From: an uncultured bacterium
GTDB lineage: Bacteria; Patescibacteriota; Minisyncoccia; Phycocordibacterales; UBA9973
Length of the DNA: 64,000 nt
Assembly (NCBI GenBank): GCA_903892035.1
Contig: CAITGV010000002.1
Coordinates: forward strand, 65,714-129,713
Direction: 5' to 3'
This document shows positions 57,173 to 64,000 of the stretch, piece after piece. Positions within the stretch are counted from its first letter, which is position 1. Every line of letters begins with the position of its first letter. The notes beneath the pieces were generated by a model. That model saw only the letters and a list, made by a program, of their open reading frames with translations, was not told where the DNA came from and ran no database searches. A program made the translations under genes and the position numbers.

Positions 57173-57750
57173 ACTACAATAATAGCAAATATATGCTATT
57201 ATTTAAAGACTTATATTTTAATACAATGTCCCCTAAAAAACGTACAGAAAAAATAGAGAAATTTTCAAGCAGAGCCACAAAATGGATCGGGTCTTCAAAC
57301 TCGCTTATTTTCCATACAATATTTTTTGCAATAATGGCAGTACTCTCAATAGTTGGCGTAGATATGGATAAAGTTCTCCTAGTATTGACAACAATTGTAT
57401 CCTTGGAGGCAATTTATCTTTCAATTTTTATCCAAATGACAGTAAATAAAAATACTGCCGATATCGAAGACATCGCGGAAGATGTGGAAGAAATTGCAGA
57501 AGATGTCGAAGACATTGCGGAAGATGTGGAAGGTATTGAAAAAGACGTTGATGAAATTCAGCAAGACGTGGACGAGATTCAAAAAGATGTGGACGAAATT
57601 CAAGAAGACGTCGAAGACATAGAGGAAGTGCACGACCAAAAATCTCCTAAAGGTGAAAAAAATAACCACCCAGAAATACTAGAAAAAATTCAACATGTTC
57701 TCGAAGCGCTTGCAAAAGACGTCGAAGCTCTAAAAAACAAAGAGAAATAA
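57160..57750 (+). CDS. DUF1003-family membrane protein with acidic coiled-coil repeat tail
   Basis: KWIGSSNSLIFHTIFFAIM matches DUF1003; true start possibly Met at 57226 (MSPKKRT). Confidence 0.6.
   Translation: MDYSYYNNSKYMLLFKDLYFNTMSPKKRTEKIEKFSSRATKWIGSSNSLIFHTIFFAIMAVLSIVGVDMDKVLLVLTTIVSLEAIYLSIFIQMTVNKNTADIEDIAEDVEEIAEDVEDIAEDVEGIEKDVDEIQQDVDEIQKDVDEIQEDVEDIEEVHDQKSPKGEKNNHPEILEKIQHVLEALAKDVEALKNKEK
57462..57629. repeat. seven tandem 24-nt (8-codon) in-frame repeats encoding (D/E)V(E/D)(E/D)I(A/Q)(E/K)
   Basis: gaagatgtggaagaaattgcagaa-like units repeated back to back. Confidence 0.75.
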
Positions 57751-58299
57751 TTATTTTCTTAAAACTTCTATTCTTCCGTTTTCATTTATACGGATGAGTT
57801 TTGATGGTTTACCTAAAAGCCTGCCTCCTGCGATATATAAATCTACTTCATCTCCAAAATACTTTTTTGCTTGATCAATACTTTCAGCAGGTTTTAACCC
57901 TTCAATATTTGCAGATGGTGCAATGAGTGGACCAGTTTTTTTAAGAATATCATTTAATGATTTTTTATTTGGTAAACGAAATGCTAAAGAATTTGTGCCA
58001 CGATGTAAATATGTAAATTTTTTCGAAGTGCAAGGCAAAATAATACTCACCTTCCCTGGCCAATACGTATTTAGGGTTAATCCATTTGTACGAATAAATT
58101 TTTCACTAATACCAAATTTTTTTAAATCAGTAATTTTTGAAATTAATATAATACAAGGTTTATCAGGATTTCTTTTTCGTATTTCATATACCCTCTCAAC
58201 ACTTTTTTTATTCAGAGCATCAGCACAAATACCATATATAGTATCCGTCGGCATCACCACCACTCCTCCCTTTTTTATAATTTGTATAATGTCAAACAT
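57751..58299 (-). CDS. tsaC: L-threonylcarbamoyladenylate synthase TsaC/YrdC
   Basis: VMPTDTIYGI motif and YrdC-fold length. Confidence 0.8.
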   Translation of the reverse strand: MFDIIQIIKKGGVVVMPTDTIYGICADALNKKSVERVYEIRKRNPDKPCIILISKITDLKKFGISEKFIRTNGLTLNTYWPGKVSIILPCTSKKFTYLHRGTNSLAFRLPNKKSLNDILKKTGPLIAPSANIEGLKPAESIDQAKKYFGDEVDLYIAGGRLLGKPSKLIRINENGRIEVLRK

Positions 58300-59170
58300 T
58301 TTTTAATTTTAAATTATCTGTAAGTAATAGCACTCCAAAGGTCATTGGTATAAGTGATGTTATCTGCCACCAAGTTGGTGCTTGATGAAGAATTACAAAC
58401 GCAACAACAAGAGTTAGTAACGGTGCAATACTATTGAGTGCTAGTGCTTTTGTTACTGAAATACGATTAATAGCTTCAAGCCAAAGTATCTTATCAAGAC
58501 CAAAAATAATTACCCCGCTTACTAGTAAGTAGGGTAATGAAAGTATAACTTGATGAAATGCAACATGACTACCCATTATAAATGCAATAGCAAAGATAAT
58601 TGGTACAGAAAGAATACTTCGCAAAAAAAGAATAGACTCGGTACTAGCAATATTCTTTGCTTTTTGCTGAAACATATTACCAATTGGAGGAAAAAAAGTA
58701 GCTAAAAGAATTATAAAATCACCTGCTTGTATTCCATGAAAATTTGGCGCTAAAACTATGACTGCTCCCACAATCATGCAGAATACTCCTATTGAGTGTG
58801 TTCTCGATATATGATCTTTTTTTATTATGTGAAAAAATAGAAAAGAAGTAAGTATTTCAAAAAGCGCAATTATGCCTGCATTACCTGCTGTAGTTTTAGT
58901 TAATCCAATATAATATAGTGCGTAATAAAATATTCCAATAAAAACTACTACCCCAGATACATATTTCCAAAGTAAAATATTTTTAAAGTCATTCCAAGTT
59001 TTTTTATAAATTACTATCGCCAAGAAAAAAATTGAAGCAATGATAGTTGTCCATGCAAGCGAAAGTAGGCTTGGTAATCTTCCGTATGACAAAATTGTAA
59101 TGACAGGAAAAAAGGACCAAATCGATGCCGCAATATACATTATTATTTCACCTTTTCTTTCTTCTTTCAT
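58292..59170 (-). CDS. EamA/DMT family transporter
   Basis: 10-TM duplicated EamA profile. Confidence 0.65.
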   Translation of the reverse strand: MKEERKGEIIMYIAASIWSFFPVITILSYGRLPSLLSLAWTTIIASIFFLAIVIYKKTWNDFKNILLWKYVSGVVVFIGIFYYALYYIGLTKTTAGNAGIIALFEILTSFLFFHIIKKDHISRTHSIGVFCMIVGAVIVLAPNFHGIQAGDFIILLATFFPPIGNMFQQKAKNIASTESILFLRSILSVPIIFAIAFIMGSHVAFHQVILSLPYLLVSGVIIFGLDKILWLEAINRISVTKALALNSIAPLLTLVVAFVILHQAPTWWQITSLIPMTFGVLLLTDNLKLKNV

Positions 59171-59172
59171 AA

Positions 59173-59634
59173 CTATAATTTTAATTCATAGTCCATTCGT
59201 CCATCATCGTTTAATTTATCTTTTTTGATAAAATTAAATGATTCGTAGAGTGAAGCTGCAATTGGATTTCTAGTTGAAAGTCTAACCAATTTAAAATGCT
59301 TTTTTGCTTCATCTAATACCATATTAACTAAAACTTTCGATAAACCAAGTCCTCTGTATTTTTTTGCAACATATATATGCCTTACTCTTCCAACACTTCC
59401 ATCATTTCCTTCTAAATATGGATCAATATTTAATCCACCAATTGCAATGCATTCACTTCCAATAAATAAACCCCAAAATTTTTCACCTTGCTTGGAAAAT
59501 TTATTTGTTCCATCTTTCCACTCTCTTATACCTTTTTGAACAAGCTTATATCCATCTGGCAAAGCTTCCTCATTTAAAGGTTCCAATGAAAAAATATTTT
59601 CATCATTTATTTCAAGTATTTTATAGTCCAACAT
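59173..59634 (-). CDS. GNAT family N-acetyltransferase
   Basis: VAKKYRGLGLSKVLV acetyl-CoA-binding motif. Confidence 0.75.
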   Translation of the reverse strand: MLDYKILEINDENIFSLEPLNEEALPDGYKLVQKGIREWKDGTNKFSKQGEKFWGLFIGSECIAIGGLNIDPYLEGNDGSVGRVRHIYVAKKYRGLGLSKVLVNMVLDEAKKHFKLVRLSTRNPIAASLYESFNFIKKDKLNDDGRMDYELKL

Positions 59635-59635
59635 A

Positions 59636-60745
59636 TTAAATCTTAAATTCTATGACATCGCCATCTTTTACAATATATTCTTTTCCTTCAGTTCTTACTT
59701 TTCCTTTTGCGCGAGCCTCTCCATATGAACCAGCATCGAGGAGATCTATCCAAAATACAACTTCGGCACGGATAAATTTTTCTTTAAAATCTGTATGAAT
59801 TGCTTGACCTGCGACTGGTGCAGTAGAGCCAATTTTTACAGTCCAGGCGCGTGTTTCGTCTTCACCAGTTGTGAAATAACTCATTAAACCGAGAAGTTTA
59901 TATCCTTCAGAAATAAGAGCGTTGATGCCATCATTCTCACCGCCCATTTCACTTCTAAACATTTCTTTTTCTTCACCTTCAAAATCCTTCAATTCATCTT
60001 CAATTTTTGCATCGATAACAATCCAGCGTGAACCTGTACTTTCTATATAGTCAGTGAGCTCTTTGAAAACTTCTGGACTTGTCTCATCCAAATTTTTTGA
60101 ACCAGATCTTTTATTTAATCCATATAAAAATGGTTTCATTGTAAGAAAATTTAAATGCTTCATCATTGGAATTTCTTTTTCATCAAGCACAGTTGCATAT
60201 GCCATTTTTTCAGATTCGAGAGTTGCAATAACTTTTGCAAGTGCACCATCTTCAATAATTGCTTCTTTATCACCACGACGAACATCTTTTGAAATAGTGT
60301 TTTTATGTTTCAATGCCATTTCCAAATCAGACAAAATGAGTTCAAGATTTATAACAGTAATATCGCGAAGCGGATCAATGTCACCATATACGTGCATCAC
60401 ATCATTTGTTCCTCCGGCTTTCAACGGAAAAATTCGCACCATTTCTAATATGGCATCTGTCTCGCGAATATTTGAAAGAAATTTATTTCCAAGTCCTTCA
60501 CCTTTTGCTGCTCCAGCAACTAGACCTGCAATATCCACAAATTCAATTGCGGCTGGAATTGTTTTTGCTGATTTTGAAAAAGTAGATAGTTTTCCAACCC
60601 TCTCATCAGGCACAGGAACTATACCCACCGAAGGATCGATAGTACAAAAAGGGTAATTTTCAGCGGGTACACCTTTTTTAGTAAGTGCATTAAAGAGTGT
60701 CGATTTTCCGACATTTGGTAATCCAACAATTCCTATTTTTAACAT
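59636..60745 (-). CDS. ychF: ribosome-binding ATPase YchF
   Basis: GIVGLPNVGKSTLFNALT P-loop, TGS C-terminal domain. Confidence 0.9.
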   Translation of the reverse strand: MLKIGIVGLPNVGKSTLFNALTKKGVPAENYPFCTIDPSVGIVPVPDERVGKLSTFSKSAKTIPAAIEFVDIAGLVAGAAKGEGLGNKFLSNIRETDAILEMVRIFPLKAGGTNDVMHVYGDIDPLRDITVINLELILSDLEMALKHKNTISKDVRRGDKEAIIEDGALAKVIATLESEKMAYATVLDEKEIPMMKHLNFLTMKPFLYGLNKRSGSKNLDETSPEVFKELTDYIESTGSRWIVIDAKIEDELKDFEGEEKEMFRSEMGGENDGINALISEGYKLLGLMSYFTTGEDETRAWTVKIGSTAPVAGQAIHTDFKEKFIRAEVVFWIDLLDAGSYGEARAKGKVRTEGKEYIVKDGDVIEFKI

Positions 60746-60785
60746 GAAGTCAATATAGCAAAATATTGATAATAAGTCATTTATC

Positions 60786-63700
60786 TTACTTCCCCATCAA
60801 CATTTTCTTAATCAATGCTCTAGTAAGAGGTCCAAGTGCACCAGTCTGTTGAAGATGATTTGCTTTTTGGAATTTCTTTATAGCTGCCACAGTTTTTAGT
60901 CCGAGATAGTTAGTTTCCTTGCCTGGAGAACCTGAACCTGAACTAGAGATAACGAAGCCATTTGCATTTAGAAATTCTTGTAGTGCCTTTACTGTGAGAT
61001 TTGAGTTTCCAAAAGAAAGTGGATTTGTCAGTGATGTGAGAGGGTTTGCATTTATTCCACTAGTTATTTGATTTTGAATATTCAACGTGGGTGGAGTAAT
61101 TTTAGGTGGTGATATGAATACGAATCCTCCTCCATGAGGACATGATTGCGTTGTAAATGAAGAACCACTAGATGTTCCTGTTCCTGCTGTACTTGTAGCA
61201 TAGCTTCTGAAGTAATATGTAGTGCCACAAGAAAGTCCTGTGATGTTTGATGAGAAAGAATCTGCTCCAAAGTCTGCTGTTATTGTTGTGTTTGTATCAT
61301 AGAAGCCCGTTGTTCCGTAATTGAAACCGTGAACTGTAGAGTTTGCTCCGCCGGTTGAAGACACAGAACCATTTAAGGTGGCTGAGGTTTGGGTGATGTT
61401 TGTGGTGGTAGAAGTGGTGAGGGTTGGGGCGGTGGTTGAACTACCATATGCTGTGGACACATAATCACCATATAAAACATTCGCACTCACTTGATCACCC
61501 GTACCACTTGGATTTGTGTCTACTTCAAGCGGTCCACTGGCATTTCCCCACCAGTTTTCAGTAGCATCGACATCAATACCTGTATCGTTATAAGCTCCAT
61601 ATGCATTTCTAGAAATATTATTAAGATGAATTGCATGCCCAGTACCCCTATACACATATATTCCATAGCCAATATTTCCGTTATAAACAATATCATTTAT
61701 AATTGCAGAGCCAATAGTATTTCCCGTTATAGTTACATTATCTGAATCAAAATCTCCACCACCGATTTTTACTCCTGTCCATTTATTATACGCAACTATA
61801 TTATTTGTAACTTGAGTATAATCAGCACCTGCATCTATTCCTGCTGGCCCAGGACCTCCGGTATTAGAAATGAGACCGTTGTTGTATACAGTATTACCAT
61901 CTATGATATTTCCGTGACCCTCAGCAATAGTACTGTTAATATGAATAGTTATTCCATTTCGATAGTTATCATGAACAATATTTGAAGAGAATGTATTATC
62001 TTTTCCACGATCCTCAAAAACTCCATTGCTATCGTTATTATAAATTATATTTTCTAAAATTGTGTTGTTATCTGGATTCCCATCACAAAAATAATAATCA
62101 CACCCTCCATCTGAAATATTAATACCATCACCATCTGTGTCGTGAATATAATTTCCTGACACAGTATTATGCTTTGAACTTGCTATAAATATTCCATCAC
62201 CACTATTGTGCATATTGTTATTCGTAACTATATTTGACCCAGAATCTCCTCGAAGTACTATACTACGTCCTCCACCTACGATTTCATTATCGGTAATTGT
62301 TACATTACTTATAGAGGTGTGTGGACCATCATCACCAGAAGAATTACTTGCAACTCGGACCGCGGGACCACTCGTACAAATCTCATCGCCGTTTTGCTGT
62401 TTGATTATCATTCCAGATAATGTCGTATCGCTCGCTTGAACACTAAATACATAACCACAACTATTGTTAATAATTATTGCTGGATTTTCATTGTCTTTTC
62501 CTGGACCATTAATAATCACCGGAATATTGATGGCTATTATACCACCCGAAGTATACGTTCCTCCTGCCACAGTGATAGTACCTGCTGACGTAATATTTAT
62601 AAGCGCACTAGAAATATCTGCATATGCGTCCACTCCCCATATGTGACCATCGTTTTCACCTTCTGACGTGTAGGTACTATCAACATAAAAATGGCTAGTT
62701 AAAACTTCGGAAGAAAGATACGGATTATATATTATATTTGTACTTACTTGATCACCCGTACCGCCTGAGTTTGTATCTACTTCAAGTGGTCCACTAGCAT
62801 TTCCCCACCAGTTTGATGCAGCATCTACTTCAAAACCACTATTATTCAAAACACCATAGTCGATATTCCCGGAAATAATATTGTTATGAATTTGATGGCC
62901 ACTTCCAGAAAGAACATATATTCCTCTCTCTGTATTTCCTTCATAGGATGTTTCTCCAATTGTTGCTGTGCCGATCGTATTACCACTAACTATCACATAA
63001 TCAGTAGAACCATCACCACCAACTTGAATTCCATTTCTTCTATTGTGAGTAACAATGTTATTTAAAACTTGAGTATAACTTGTCATTACCTCAATACCAG
63101 ATGGGCCATATGGACCAGAATCAGCATATAAACCATTGTCGTAAATAGTATTACCTCTAATTATATTTTCATGTCCCGGACTTTGACTATTACTTTTTAT
63201 AGCAATTCCATGTTTGTAGTTTGCATAAATTGTATTGCCACTAAAAATATTATCTGAATCATTAGCTTCAATCAGAATACCGTCAAATCCATTATCATGA
63301 ATTATATTGCTCGAAACCGTATTGTCACTTGAATTTCCATCAAAACCATCTCCCCACCAAAAATGAACACCTGATTCACTGTTATTATATATAGTGTTGC
63401 CTGTAATTGTATTGTGCTTTGAACTTGTGAGCGAAACTCCGTCAGTATTGTCATGAACTATATTGTTTGAAATTGTTGAAGTATCAGAATTTCCGCGAAG
63501 TTGGATTCCTCTTTTCCCACCAGAAATATCATTCGCAGTAATTGTTGTATGTGTCGCATTGCCACCATCTCCAGCAACACGAATAACTGGTTTTCCCATA
63601 CAATATGTCTCATTATCGCCAGTAGTTTCCCTTATAAACAATCCAGAAATTGTCGAATAGCTAGCTTCAATGGAAAAAACATAATTACAATTATCATTAT

Positions 63701-64000
63701 TTATAACAATTGCGGGAGTACCACTTTCTATTCCAGGACCTATGATATTTATTGCCCTACTAATAGTTAGGGTATTTGAATCTACATATGTACCACCCGC
63801 TACGTGTACAGTTCCTCCAGTACCTACACCTGCAATTCCACTCGCTACGTTATCAAAAGCATCTACACCCCAAGTGTGACCATCATTTGCCCCTTCTGAA
63901 GTATATGTGCTATCAACGTAAACGTCAGTCAAAGTACTTTGATATGCATACACGACAGAAAGACTCGCATAGCCTCCATTTTCATAATATTCAACAACAA
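60786..64000 (-). CDS. large secreted protein with two tandem parallel beta-helix (pectin-lyase-fold) modules, Ser/Thr-rich linker, FN3-like segment and C-terminal peptidoglycan-binding domain; N-terminus beyond window
   Basis: Recurrent NNIxHDNGxDGI / GNTIYxN beta-helix rungs in two modules of about 420 aa. C-terminal LTVKALQEFLNANGF...LGLKTVAAIKKFQ is PG_binding_1-like. Reading frame stays open to the window edge. Confidence 0.6.
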   Translation of the reverse strand, partial: VVEYYENGGYASLSVVYAYQSTLTDVYVDSTYTSEGANDGHTWGVDAFDNVASGIAGVGTGGTVHVAGGTYVDSNTLTISRAINIIGPGIESGTPAIVINNDNCNYVFSIEASYSTISGLFIRETTGDNETYCMGKPVIRVAGDGGNATHTTITANDISGGKRGIQLRGNSDTSTISNNIVHDNTDGVSLTSSKHNTITGNTIYNNSESGVHFWWGDGFDGNSSDNTVSSNIIHDNGFDGILIEANDSDNIFSGNTIYANYKHGIAIKSNSQSPGHENIIRGNTIYDNGLYADSGPYGPSGIEVMTSYTQVLNNIVTHNRRNGIQVGGDGSTDYVIVSGNTIGTATIGETSYEGNTERGIYVLSGSGHQIHNNIISGNIDYGVLNNSGFEVDAASNWWGNASGPLEVDTNSGGTGDQVSTNIIYNPYLSSEVLTSHFYVDSTYTSEGENDGHIWGVDAYADISSALINITSAGTITVAGGTYTSGGIIAINIPVIINGPGKDNENPAIIINNSCGYVFSVQASDTTLSGMIIKQQNGDEICTSGPAVRVASNSSGDDGPHTSISNVTITDNEIVGGGRSIVLRGDSGSNIVTNNNMHNSGDGIFIASSKHNTVSGNYIHDTDGDGINISDGGCDYYFCDGNPDNNTILENIIYNNDSNGVFEDRGKDNTFSSNIVHDNYRNGITIHINSTIAEGHGNIIDGNTVYNNGLISNTGGPGPAGIDAGADYTQVTNNIVAYNKWTGVKIGGGDFDSDNVTITGNTIGSAIINDIVYNGNIGYGIYVYRGTGHAIHLNNISRNAYGAYNDTGIDVDATENWWGNASGPLEVDTNPSGTGDQVSANVLYGDYVSTAYGSSTTAPTLTTSTTTNITQTSATLNGSVSSTGGANSTVHGFNYGTTGFYDTNTTITADFGADSFSSNITGLSCGTTYYFRSYATSTAGTGTSSGSSFTTQSCPHGGGFVFISPPKITPPTLNIQNQITSGINANPLTSLTNPLSFGNSNLTVKALQEFLNANGFVISSSGSGSPGKETNYLGLKTVAAIKKFQKANHLQQTGALGPLTRALIKKMLMGK

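Overview
Low-GC (about 33-35%), tightly packed bacterial chromosome segment, most likely from a reduced genome such as CPR/Patescibacteria. That assignment is inference from gene content and style: ftsA-ftsZ-mreB present, ATPase-dead PriA, overlapping genes, a minus-strand tRNA cluster. About 60 genes are mostly translation, division and envelope housekeeping (typA, rseP, frr, holB-like, mreB, priA-like, bS21, ybeY, ftsA, ftsZ, trxB-like, tsaD, tsaC, valS, leuS, lepA, ychF, murJ, msbA-like ABC, eno). Seven tRNAs are present (Glu, Ser, Val, Phe, Arg, Gly, plus a partial mnmA for tRNA modification). Features of note: (1) a candidate vitamin B12 module: a cobalamin-riboswitch-like leader with its own promoter and terminator in front of two DUF4430 (transcobalamin-like) surface/membrane proteins, next to PduO-type adenosyltransferase, AdoCbl-dependent class II RNR (nrdJ) and a small ECF-S/BtuM-like membrane protein. 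(2) two different REP-like palindrome families, each flanking its own RAYT/IS200-like Y1 transposase paralog; one copy lies in-frame inside the RAYT gene and a LysE transporter is embedded. (3) two further GC-rich small repeat families, each present once intergenically and once in-frame inside an essential gene (leuS, tsaD), resembling Rickettsia palindromic elements. (4) histidine-phosphatase domain fusions: a valS with an inserted roughly 200-aa histidine-phosphatase domain, and a pyruvate-kinase A-domain-only protein fused to dPGM next to enolase. (5) a csoR-copA-HMA/DsbD_2-cupredoxin copper operon with a candidate CsoR operator palindrome overlapping a -35 box. (6) a 21-bp perfect inverted repeat between mreB and priA. 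No CRISPR, phage or integrase genes were seen.
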